From: Spirochaetota bacterium
Lineage (GTDB): Bacteria; Spirochaetota; Spirochaetia; SPDA01; B32-G16
Length of the DNA stretch: 57,650 nt
Assembly (NCBI GenBank): GCA_003645645.1
Contig: QNBH01000002.1
Coordinates: 1-57,650, forward strand
Reading direction: 5' to 3'
A program made the position numbers and the translations under genes. This document shows positions 40,056 through 48,646 of this stretch, piece after piece. Under the pieces are notes generated by a model. It saw nothing but the letters and a program-made list of their open reading frames with translations, searched no databases and was not told the DNA's origin. How positions within the stretch are numbered: the first letter of the stretch is position 1; each line of letters begins with the position of its first letter.

Positions 40056-41318
40056 ATGAGAAGATATTCCGGAATGGCAGCGCGGGAAGCAAGGCTGGCT
40101 CTATGGATGTTAATACCTGCATTTTTAATAGTCTTTGCTATTATCCTCTTTCCCGTATTTACCAATTTCTGGATAAGCTTCAAATCTGTAAAGCTCGGCG
40201 AATTACGTCCTCCGTCCCCCGTTGTTCGTGAGCAGGTGGTAAAACAGCCTGAGCAGCCCGGGGACGAACTTATTATCCGCTACCGGGCGAGAAACACCAG
40301 TCAGAATGTTGCCCTGGAAAATGTAGTTATGACCATCATCGTTCCGGAAGGGCTTAAGCCTGTGGATGTGGGTTATGACTGCAGTTTCCGGGGTTCCCGC
40401 CTGGTTTGCAATTTTGGCAGATGGAAGGGTGGGTTCAATAAAACCCTGGAGATGAGATTTGAGGCTGAGCAGTCCTACTTTTCAGAAAATAGTGGAAAAG
40501 GAAAGGTCCTTGGTTTCACCATAGATGCCAGTGCTCCCAATGTGCTGACCAATTTAAAGTTTACTTTGAAAAATTATGGTTTTGTGCTTAGTGGTCGTGA
40601 GTTCTGGCCTACCCTGGGAGCAACTGTTGTGTATACCTTTGGTGGTACCATCGGTTCTATCATTCTGGGACTTTTTGCAGCCCAATTACTTAATGCAAAG
40701 TTCCTGGGAAAGGGAATATTACGAGGTTTGTTTCTGTTCCCGTATGTAGCTCCGGTTATTGCGGTCGCCTTTACCTGGTCATTTTTTCTGGACCCGTTTA
40801 GCGGAACCGTTAATGCTCTTCTGAAACAGTTTGGACTGATGGAAAGGTCCATCTCTTTTTTAAGCGAACGGTCATTCAATATTGATTTGTTTGGATTGGA
40901 GATAAACTTACCGCTCGCTCTGTCAACGGTCATTGCCTTTGAATCGTGGCGCTATTTCCCCTTTGCATTTCTCTTTATCCTGGCCAGGTTGCAGGCAATT
41001 CCCTCACAGTTATACGAATCAGCAGAAGTTGACGGAGCCGGAGCCTTCAGAAAGTTCTGGAATATTACCATTCCACAACTCATGACTGTTCTAACTACGC
41101 TCTTTCTACTCAGGTTTATGTGGACCTTCAACAAGTTTGACGATGTGTTTCTGCTGACAGGGGGAGCTGCAGGTACAAAAACTTTACCAATTTCGGTTTA
41201 CGATAACGCCTTTGGCAGGGCAGATATCGGAGCAGGTGCAGCAACTGCAGTGCTCCTTTTTCTGTTTCTGGCAGTTTTTCTTATCCTTTATTTTCACTAC
41301 TCACCGGAGGAACAATAA
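40056..41318 (+). CDS. Carbohydrate ABC permease (MalF-like) with a large extracytoplasmic insertion
   Basis: LYESAEVDGA EAA motif; ~120-aa soluble insertion after TM1. Confidence 0.9.
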   Translation: MRRYSGMAAREARLALWMLIPAFLIVFAIILFPVFTNFWISFKSVKLGELRPPSPVVREQVVKQPEQPGDELIIRYRARNTSQNVALENVVMTIIVPEGLKPVDVGYDCSFRGSRLVCNFGRWKGGFNKTLEMRFEAEQSYFSENSGKGKVLGFTIDASAPNVLTNLKFTLKNYGFVLSGREFWPTLGATVVYTFGGTIGSIILGLFAAQLLNAKFLGKGILRGLFLFPYVAPVIAVAFTWSFFLDPFSGTVNALLKQFGLMERSISFLSERSFNIDLFGLEINLPLALSTVIAFESWRYFPFAFLFILARLQAIPSQLYESAEVDGAGAFRKFWNITIPQLMTVLTTLFLLRFMWTFNKFDDVFLLTGGAAGTKTLPISVYDNAFGRADIGAGAATAVLLFLFLAVFLILYFHYSPEEQ

Positions 41319-42583
41319 TGGCAAACTCTGTCTCTAAAGCCCTTATCAGGAGAAGATTTCCCTCTTTTTTCGGTATCATGGTTATGTGTATTGTTGGCTT
41401 ATTTTCCACCATTGTTGTTATTTATATATTGGCCTTCCTCATCTCGATATTAAGCCCTACAGAAGCAAGAGTTTCGATAGGGGCGGTTTTTCTTGCAGGA
41501 GTTTTTATCGGTTTTTCAGTGGGATTTTTAAAAATCTACTCGCATAACTCTCTGTTGATCGGAATTGTAACGGGGTTTTCAGTAGGTCTGATCTGGCTCG
41601 TTGTGTATAATTTTAGACCCTTTGGTTTCCCAGAACCAGAGTCAAGAAACATAATAGCGGGTATTATAACCTTTCCACTTTCCTGCCTGGTTACCTGGAA
41701 AGCACTTAAGGATATAAACATTCTCAGGCCCGAGAGAGGCCATGGGGAGCTTCTTTTCATTCGTATATTACGAGGATTCGGGATGGTGTTTTTTGTCCTG
41801 ATCGTACTATTCCCCTTTTATTTCATGCTCTCTTCCAGCCTTAAATCAAGGGCGGAATATCTGCAGGATCCAACCAACTTAAGCATTTCTATCGCCAGGG
41901 GGTTGAATCAGCTTTTTGTGGGGTATACAGAAGTATTAAACCGCTTTCACTTTGCCAGGTATATTTTCAACTCCACCTTTGTAGCGATTGCCACGGTTGT
42001 CCTTACCCTGATTCCTGCCATCCTGGGTGCTTATGCAGTTACCAGGCTCTATTTTCCGGGGAGGAAGCTTCTCTCCAGTTCTATACTTCTTATATACATG
42101 TTCCCTACCATCGTACTGGTAATTCCACTTTACAGCGTGTTCTCCCAGCTCGGCTTAAGGGACACACTTCCGGGGCTTCTCATAGTGTATGCTGCCATGA
42201 CCATTCCGGTTGCCCTTTATATGCTTCGAAGCTACTTTCAGACCCTGCCCAGAGATATTGAGGAGCAGGGGCTTATAGATGGATGCAACCGGGGGGAGGT
42301 TATATGGAGGATTACTCTCCCTCTGAGCGGTCCTGCCCTGGCTACTGTTGCTCTGTATGTATTCATGATTGCCTGGAACGAGTTTCTCTTTGCTTTCATG
42401 TTTCTGGACACACCTGAGATTTTCACCCTTTCCAGGGGGATGGTTACCTTAAACTCTCAGGAAGTACCCAGGCAATACCTGATGGCAGGAGCAGTAATTA
42501 TTACCGTACCTATAATGGTGCTTTTCTTCTGGTTCGAGAAGTATCTGGTGAGCGGTCTCACATCGGGCGGAGTAAAGGGGTAG
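41318..42583 (+). CDS. Carbohydrate ABC permease (MalG-like) with extra N-terminal TM helices
   Basis: LPRDIEEQGLIDGC, AWNEFLFA and the C-terminal LVSGLTSGGVKG. Confidence 0.9.
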   Translation: MANSVSKALIRRRFPSFFGIMVMCIVGLFSTIVVIYILAFLISILSPTEARVSIGAVFLAGVFIGFSVGFLKIYSHNSLLIGIVTGFSVGLIWLVVYNFRPFGFPEPESRNIIAGIITFPLSCLVTWKALKDINILRPERGHGELLFIRILRGFGMVFFVLIVLFPFYFMLSSSLKSRAEYLQDPTNLSISIARGLNQLFVGYTEVLNRFHFARYIFNSTFVAIATVVLTLIPAILGAYAVTRLYFPGRKLLSSSILLIYMFPTIVLVIPLYSVFSQLGLRDTLPGLLIVYAAMTIPVALYMLRSYFQTLPRDIEEQGLIDGCNRGEVIWRITLPLSGPALATVALYVFMIAWNEFLFAFMFLDTPEIFTLSRGMVTLNSQEVPRQYLMAGAVIITVPIMVLFFWFEKYLVSGLTSGGVKG

Positions 42584-42664
42584 AAGCTTAAAGCAGTTAG
42601 AAATCGCTAAAAAGATGTTTTAGAAGGGTTTGGATATGAGTCTTATAATTTAGTTTACCGGCTT

Positions 42665-42687
42665 GCCTGAGGAGAAGCTGCTCAGGC
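42665..42687. terminator. Hairpin between convergent genes
   Basis: GCCTGAG-N9-CTCAGGC. Confidence 0.35.
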
Positions 42688-42752
42688 TCAAGGATTCTCT
42701 GGAGGAGCCACACACCCCTAACAGGGAAAGAGTAGCAGCCCGGCTAACCTGG

Positions 42753-44318
42753 TCAAGGAAATCCCTCCACCGAACCGTCAAACCCGAACCGCTCTTTAAG
42801 GGCTTTTCGAAAAGCCGGGGGGTTTATTTTTAAAAGCCTGGCAGCCTGCTCCCTGTTTCCTCCCGATATCTTAAGAGCTTTCTCGTAATAATCCCTCTCT
42901 ATCTGGTATAGTAAAGCCTTAAGATCGACTCCACTTTGTGGAAGCTTGATCTCGATACCGGGAAGGGGCGGCTCCTTGTTAAAATATGACAGGATGGCAG
43001 GGGGAAGTATTTCCGGTCCGATAAGATCGGATTGACTAACGGCACAGACGGAGATAACGGTATTTTCAAGTTGTCTCACATTCCCCGGCCACGGATAGGA
43101 TAGGATATAATGCATTGCCTCTTCGGAGAACCTCTTGTTCTCTCCGTGTTTCTCGTTCCACTCTTTTAAAAATGTTGCCGACAGAAGAGGTATATCTTCT
43201 TGACGTTCCCTGAGCGGGGGAACTTCCAGGGTAACCTGGTTAAGTCTCTCGTATAAGTCTCTTCTGAACGTACCCTCATCGATCATCTGTTCAAGGTTTT
43301 TATTTGTTGCAGCTATGACCCGTATATCAACAGTTAGACCTGTATCTGCCCCCAGGGGAAGAAGGGTTTTCTCTTCAAGCACTCTAAGGAGTTTTGGCTG
43401 GACCTCCGGAGGCAAATCACCGACCTCATCGAGAAATACTATTCCCCGATCGGCTGCACGGAACTGACCCAACCTGCTCCTGCTTGCACCGGTAAAGGCT
43501 CCCTTTTCATGACCGAAGAGCTCGCTTTCTGCAAGCGTCGATGTTATGGAAGCGCAATTAACGGGAAGAAACGGTTTTTCCGCTCTATCACTGTGTTGAT
43601 GGATGAATTTTGCAACTAACTCTTTACCGGTTCCGGTCTCCCCCCTAATTAGTACAGTAATATCATAGGAGGCTATGCGTAAGGCTCTTTGAAGAGTTTC
43701 TCTGATGGGATCGGACTCTCCAATGATTTCTGCTCTTGTTGTGGTAGTAATCCATCGATCCCCGGAACTTTTATTACCCTGAACGCGGATATCATCTCTT
43801 CTTAATTTAATTTCCGGGAAAATCCCCTTATCAAGGTTAACCTCTCTTACCTTGTATGCTCCGCCTGTAAAGCGGGGTGGAATCCCCTGGAGTAATCTGG
43901 CGGGGATGTATCCGGACCTGGCCAGGAGAAACCACACCGTTTGCATCTGAGGAGTTCCCGAATCAAGAAGAATAGACAATTCCACTTTAAGATGTCTGAG
44001 CTGTCCGAGAATCTTATCGACAGCATCCTTTATTTTTGTATAAACTTCCTCGTAATCCACCGGAGAGAAAATATCCAAGTTTATAAAAGCGAATTTTGTT
44101 TTATTGGATTCTGTACCCTTATCCGTTCGTTCGCCCAGTACCTCCTCAACCATACGTGCCCGTTCAAAATACTCATAGCCTGAGCAGAAAAGATAGACCC
44201 TGTGGAAATACCTTTCATTTAAAAGGCAGAGAAGCGGCCCCCATTCCTCGCTCTCTTCGGGATAGGGGTCGCGGTTGCCTACAAAACTAAAGAGAACATC
44301 TATCTTATTAACCGCCAT
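42753..44318 (-). CDS. sigma54-dependent activator with an N-terminal CARF-like (RtcR-type) domain
   Basis: Rossmann-like N-terminus LFSFVGNRDPY...SPVDYEEVY...LLDSGTPQMQTVW; AAA+ motifs GETGTGKE, ESELFGHEKGAFTGA, FLDEVG and WPGNVRQL; C-terminal HTH. No receiver domain. Confidence 0.85.
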   Translation of the reverse strand: MAVNKIDVLFSFVGNRDPYPEESEEWGPLLCLLNERYFHRVYLFCSGYEYFERARMVEEVLGERTDKGTESNKTKFAFINLDIFSPVDYEEVYTKIKDAVDKILGQLRHLKVELSILLDSGTPQMQTVWFLLARSGYIPARLLQGIPPRFTGGAYKVREVNLDKGIFPEIKLRRDDIRVQGNKSSGDRWITTTTRAEIIGESDPIRETLQRALRIASYDITVLIRGETGTGKELVAKFIHQHSDRAEKPFLPVNCASITSTLAESELFGHEKGAFTGASRSRLGQFRAADRGIVFLDEVGDLPPEVQPKLLRVLEEKTLLPLGADTGLTVDIRVIAATNKNLEQMIDEGTFRRDLYERLNQVTLEVPPLRERQEDIPLLSATFLKEWNEKHGENKRFSEEAMHYILSYPWPGNVRQLENTVISVCAVSQSDLIGPEILPPAILSYFNKEPPLPGIEIKLPQSGVDLKALLYQIERDYYEKALKISGGNREQAARLLKINPPAFRKALKERFGFDGSVEGFP

Positions 44319-44322
44319 TTGC

Positions 44323-44424
44323 CTGCTCCCATATTTTAACCTTTATTGCACAAAGAAGGCTTGCCGCAAATGACGGCATGCCTCTTCAAAGTTAACTGCT
44401 CCCCTATTATAACCTTTATTGCAC
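44323..44424. repeat. 29-bp direct repeat pair flanking a 44-bp hairpin-containing spacer
   Basis: CTGCTCCC(A/C)TATT(T/A)TAACCTTTATTGCAC at 44323-44351 and 44396-44424; 27/29 identical. Confidence 0.92.
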
Positions 44425-44524
44425 GCTAGCAAGTATAATTGTTGTTTTTAAAAAATTGTAGATTCAAGATTACAAAAGTTAGCCTTCGGTAACTCTGGTT
44501 TCACATAAAGGCTAAGAAAGGCAG

Positions 44525-44565
44525 AAATTATGCTCAAATTTCTCCAAATTATGCAAATTTTCTCC
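44525..44565. repeat. Tandem ~21-bp repeat just upstream of the sigma54 promoter
   Basis: AAATTATGCTCAAATTTCTCC / AAATTATGCAAATTTTCTCC. Confidence 0.8.
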
Positions 44566-44576
44566 CGAAATTGAGA

Positions 44577-44592
44577 TGGCACAAAAATTGCT
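44577..44592 (+). promoter_or_regulatory. sigma54 (-24/-12) promoter oriented toward the cas operon
   Basis: TGGCACAAAAATTGCT matches the consensus TGGCAC-N5-TTGC(T/A). Confidence 0.85.
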
Positions 44593-44618
44593 ATACAATT
44601 AAAAGAGGAGTTGGGGTG

Positions 44619-44690
44619 ATGTATTCACTTCCTACTGAGGGTTTAATTAATTCCTTGGAAAAGATCGTTTACATAAATGCAGAGAGTTAA
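44619..44690 (+). CDS. Putative 23-aa small ORF (MYSLPTEGLINSLEKIVYINAES)
   Basis: GAGGAG RBS at 44605-44610, just after the predicted sigma54 start site. Confidence 0.35.
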   Translation: MYSLPTEGLINSLEKIVYINAES

Positions 44691-44784
44691 GATAACCAAA
44701 AGGTTCGTAAGACCTTTAAGGCGTTACACCCCGATTAGCTCTGTCAGGATTCTGTGGAATTTTTATATTTTTTGGAATATTTAG

Positions 44785-44813
44785 TTGCATTATCCGGAAT
44801 GGTGATTTATAAT
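44785..44813 (+). promoter_or_regulatory. sigma70 promoter upstream of cas6, overlapped by an inverted repeat
   Basis: TTGCAT-N17-TATAAT; TTATCCGGAA (44790-44799) and TTCCGGATAA (44837-44846). Confidence 0.65.
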
Positions 44814-44871
44814 AAAAAAGAGTCTTCATTGCGCAGTTCCGGATAAAATAACTACGGATAAGGATGCTGCT

Positions 44872-45786
44872 TTGAAACTTAACCATCAAACATTCGAGTG
44901 CATTTTAAAAAGTGAGCGCTCTATTTATTTCGACACCTTTCCCACCTTTATCTTCAGAAGCGTTATAGGAAAGGAATTGAGAAAAATAAGTTGCCTTTTT
45001 AAGAACAGGAATTGCAGTGAATGTTCTTTAAAAAACACCTGTGCATACTCTTTCATTTTCGAGACGCCGGTGGATAAGGAGAACAGGCTTCTCCATGGCA
45101 GAAACAGGGCTCCCCATCCCTTTACTCTCTACTCGCCTGTAAGTGCGAATGAAACGACAGACACCATAGCCCTGAATATCACGATGTTTGGTAAAAGTAT
45201 CGAGTACTTTCCCTATCTCTATTTCTCGTTAAAGCAGGCGGGAGAGAAGGGGATTTTCAGAGACAGAGTGCGGTTATCGGTGGATTCACTCTTATGTGGA
45301 GATAGCTCGATTCTCTTAGAAGAAGAGAAAATCGATACTTCTGTTCCTCCCCGGGTTTGGCGTATTGAAGGCAGTGAAGATAGGCAGGTAAAAAAGATCA
45401 ATATAAAGTTACTTTCTCCTCTGAGGCTTAAATACAGCGGGAAATATGGCACGGATTTTACCTGTTTCGATTTTCTAAATGCAGTAGAGCGAAGGGCAAG
45501 ACTCTTATGCGGGTTTTTCGGAGAAGACCAGCAGGATAGAAATAAGCCTGTTTTTTCAACCGGCAACAAGCAAATTACGGAGCGAGACCTTATATGGCAC
45601 GACTACAGATACTACTCTTCCCGCCAGAAATCGAGACTTAAAATGGGAGGTACAGTGGGTTCCTTTTCTCTGGAAGGAGAGTTTTCATCCGGGGAGCTTT
45701 CCCTGTTGAAAGGTGCGGAGCTTTTTCAGGTGGGAAAAAACTCTGTTTTCGGCTTCGGAAAGATATCGATTTACGAAGAGGATTAA
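44872..45786 (+). CDS. cas6: CRISPR pre-crRNA endoribonuclease Cas6
   Basis: C..C..C..C..C cluster with PHPF, SPLRL, MGGTVG and the C-terminal G-loop VGKNSVFGFG. Confidence 0.92.
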   Translation: MKLNHQTFECILKSERSIYFDTFPTFIFRSVIGKELRKISCLFKNRNCSECSLKNTCAYSFIFETPVDKENRLLHGRNRAPHPFTLYSPVSANETTDTIALNITMFGKSIEYFPYLYFSLKQAGEKGIFRDRVRLSVDSLLCGDSSILLEEEKIDTSVPPRVWRIEGSEDRQVKKINIKLLSPLRLKYSGKYGTDFTCFDFLNAVERRARLLCGFFGEDQQDRNKPVFSTGNKQITERDLIWHDYRYYSSRQKSRLKMGGTVGSFSLEGEFSSGELSLLKGAELFQVGKNSVFGFGKISIYEED

Positions 45787-45789
45787 GCT

Positions 45790-47994
45790 GTGCGGATTGC
45801 CTTAACTTCCCTTGGTCAATCATGGGCTATTATTCCGGAATTGACAGGTTTTTTATATCCTCGTGGGTACGACTTCTTCAAGAATCATCCCGATGCCGGC
45901 AAAATCAACTCATCTCGTGAGTTTCTGGGGGCAGGCAAGCTGGATGAGCTCTGGGTATTGGCAACAGAAGAGAGAAACTCTTTAAAAGCAGTGGATAAAA
46001 TACGGATGTGGAGCGAGCTTGTTTATCTCGATATTCCCATAAGGGTATGGATAACTTCAGGATTGTCGGATCTTTTCTCTCCGGAGGATTGTGCGCATAT
46101 GCGCGATGCCGTGTTGAGGTTGTGTATGCTGTGCAGAAAACTGGTGGGTAGAAATACGGAGATAATTTTCTCCCTGGCCGGTGGGAGAAAAACAATGAGT
46201 GCAGATATTCAATATTCAGCCTCTTTTTTCGGCCCCGGAGTATTGATCCATGTTGCAGACAGAAATATTCCGCCTTATTTCAAAGACCCCGACCCTTCTT
46301 TGCTTTTAATTCCACCGGGTCGAGAACTTGCCTCCTCCTTCATGCCGCTTATTATAGGTAAATATCCCGAGAACAGTCTCTCCGCACAGATCGATAGCAA
46401 GGATTTCACACTTCCCGAGTACACTCCACACAAAAGGCAGTACCGAATCCCCCTTGATAAGAATCTGGCTCAAAAGGTGGATGGGATACTCAATTCGGCA
46501 TCAAACTTCCTGTTCTACCAGATTTTTGATAAGACCTATGCGCAGAAGGAAAGTTCAAACTATTCCAGGTTGTTCGTTCTCCCGCCTGCGAGGATAAAAG
46601 ATTTAAGAAATATCCGGCTGGGAATTGAGCCGGAAAGAACAAAGGAGGAGTTGGTTCTGGTTAAGAAGCTTCCCAAAGCCGATCTTCATTGCCATCTCGG
46701 AGGAGTACTCACGGTAGAGGAGATTGTAGAGATAGCCCGAATACATGAAAATGAAGTTGGATGCTGGGAGAGAAAACACGAAGGCTTTCACAGGAAGAGA
46801 GAGGAGTGGATGCAGATTGCTTCGAAGGGAGATCCCACTGCCGTTTCGGAAAAAATAGGAGGGGAGAGGATAAGAGAATTGAGGGTTATGTTTAAAGAGA
46901 TCCCCCAGCCTTTTACCGTATGCGGGTTTCTCCTTTGCTTTATAGAGAATCCCCATCTCCTTGAGCAGGCCTTGTATGGGCGATGGATGAACGAGTCCGA
47001 TTTTACCGGTATTGGGATGAATGAGTACGAACGTTTGGGCGACCTGCAGGGGTCTGCATTGCTTCAGACAGAACCTGTTATCAGGGCGGTGGTGAGAAAA
47101 ACCGTAGAAAAGTGCATAGAGGATAATGTTACATACCTGGAATTACGCTGTTCACCTCAGAATTATACAAGGGGCGGACTTAAAATAGAGAAGGTTTTCG
47201 GAATAATAGATGATGAGCTTAAGAAAGCTTCCCACCGGATAGAGAACGGTATAATCCTAATAACAAGCAGGCACAGAAAAATGGACGAAATCTTCTCTAC
47301 TATAGAGTTAATAGATCATCTAGTTGAAGAAAACAGGGCGGGAAGGATCCTTGGGGTGGATCTGGCGGGAGATGAAACCTCATTGGCGCCTGCAAACCTT
47401 AGAGAGCACTTTCTTAGATTTATGGACAGGTGTATGCATATAACAATTCACGCCGGAGAGAACCAGGTTGCCGGGAATATCTGGGAGGCGGTGTATCACC
47501 TGAGTGCGGAGAGAATCGGGCACGGTCTTACCCTTTCGTATAAACCCGAACTAATGAAAAAGTTTCTCGACAGAGGCATCGGTATCGAGATGTGTCCGTC
47601 GAGCAACAGACAGATTGTGGGGTATACAGACTTCTGCCAGGAAAAAGTCGATAAAGCTATTTCTTCCGGCATAAAAGCAGAAGCACAATCCTCATCAATT
47701 TCGGAGAAGAGGATTCCCCATACCTACCCCTTAAAGGAGTTTCTCGATTATGGATTGAAGGTTTCGGTTAACACAGACAACATGGGTATCTCCCGTACAA
47801 GCCTTTCGAAAGAGCTGCTTCAGGCAGCCCGATTAACTCCCAGGGGATTGTCCGTAATGGAGATACTCCAGCTTATTAAGAACGCCTATTCTTCTGCATT
47901 TACAGATCACGATACGAGGAAAAAGCTAATTCTCGATTCCGAGAGGAGAATAATCGAGCTATTTCAGAGTGAGGAGGTTTTACCAGGTGGATGA
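45790..47994 (+). CDS. cad1: CARF-domain adenosine deaminase effector (Cad1/CAAD-like)
   Basis: CARF motifs LTSLGQSW and SLAGGRKTMS; deaminase motifs LPKADLHCHLGG, YLELR, GVDLAGDE, TIHAGE, RIGHG, EMCPSSN and VNTDN. Confidence 0.9.
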   Translation: MRIALTSLGQSWAIIPELTGFLYPRGYDFFKNHPDAGKINSSREFLGAGKLDELWVLATEERNSLKAVDKIRMWSELVYLDIPIRVWITSGLSDLFSPEDCAHMRDAVLRLCMLCRKLVGRNTEIIFSLAGGRKTMSADIQYSASFFGPGVLIHVADRNIPPYFKDPDPSLLLIPPGRELASSFMPLIIGKYPENSLSAQIDSKDFTLPEYTPHKRQYRIPLDKNLAQKVDGILNSASNFLFYQIFDKTYAQKESSNYSRLFVLPPARIKDLRNIRLGIEPERTKEELVLVKKLPKADLHCHLGGVLTVEEIVEIARIHENEVGCWERKHEGFHRKREEWMQIASKGDPTAVSEKIGGERIRELRVMFKEIPQPFTVCGFLLCFIENPHLLEQALYGRWMNESDFTGIGMNEYERLGDLQGSALLQTEPVIRAVVRKTVEKCIEDNVTYLELRCSPQNYTRGGLKIEKVFGIIDDELKKASHRIENGIILITSRHRKMDEIFSTIELIDHLVEENRAGRILGVDLAGDETSLAPANLREHFLRFMDRCMHITIHAGENQVAGNIWEAVYHLSAERIGHGLTLSYKPELMKKFLDRGIGIEMCPSSNRQIVGYTDFCQEKVDKAISSGIKAEAQSSSISEKRIPHTYPLKEFLDYGLKVSVNTDNMGISRTSLSKELLQAARLTPRGLSVMEILQLIKNAYSSAFTDHDTRKKLILDSERRIIELFQSEEVLPGG

Positions 47995-48628
47995 AATGAT
48001 CCTTTGTGTACCACGAAAAATTATTCCGAAAGAGTTGAGGAATGATAGAGTCTCAAGCCCCTTGCAGTGGGAGGTGCTTGCCACTGCACTTACATCATCT
48101 TCCCTGATGTTTCTTCCAAGAAGAGAAGTAGAGGGGAACCCTTCTTTAAAGCAGATTATACCTTACGTGCTTATTAGAAACTCTGTCGGATCCCTGCTTT
48201 GTTATGAGCGGGCAGGTTCAGAGGAGAGGCTTCACGGCCAGTTGTCGCTGGGTATCGGGGGGCATGTAAGCATGGAAGATATAGAGGGCCGGCCCAATAC
48301 GAAAGGGGAATTAAACTTGCTTACAGCAGGAGAGAGCTTCCTTGAGCAGGTAGTGTGTAAGGCAATCGAACGGGAACTGGAGGAGGAAGCGGGATTAGAT
48401 GACGGAGCCAGGGCTCGATTCATGGGTGTTATAAACGAGGAGTTGACCCCTGTCGGTAGAGTGCATTTCGGACTTGTTTTTGAGTACCTGCTTAATCGGG
48501 GTGATAGTGCGGTTACCGGAGAAGAGCTTGCCCACTCATCCTGGATGGATATGGAGGAGATTTATGCACGCAGGGATGAGTTTGAATTGTGGTCACAACT
48601 CGCCCTTGAACTGGTAGAAAGAGATTAG
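47987..48628 (+). CDS. NUDIX-family hydrolase
   Basis: KQIIPY, EERLHGQLSLGIGGHV and RELEEEAG motifs; overlaps the deaminase stop codon. Confidence 0.88.
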   Translation: MDEMILCVPRKIIPKELRNDRVSSPLQWEVLATALTSSSLMFLPRREVEGNPSLKQIIPYVLIRNSVGSLLCYERAGSEERLHGQLSLGIGGHVSMEDIEGRPNTKGELNLLTAGESFLEQVVCKAIERELEEEAGLDDGARARFMGVINEELTPVGRVHFGLVFEYLLNRGDSAVTGEELAHSSWMDMEEIYARRDEFELWSQLALELVERD

Positions 48629-48646
48629 GAAAGGAGGAGGAAGTAG

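Noticed and set aside
28326-42583. Absence of ATPase genes in both CUT1 operons
   Set aside because: This is common; such systems typically share an MsmK/MalK-type ATPase encoded elsewhere.
42753-44318. Naming the activator rtcR
   Set aside because: The architecture is similar, but there are no rtcAB genes nearby and orthology cannot be shown from the sequence alone.
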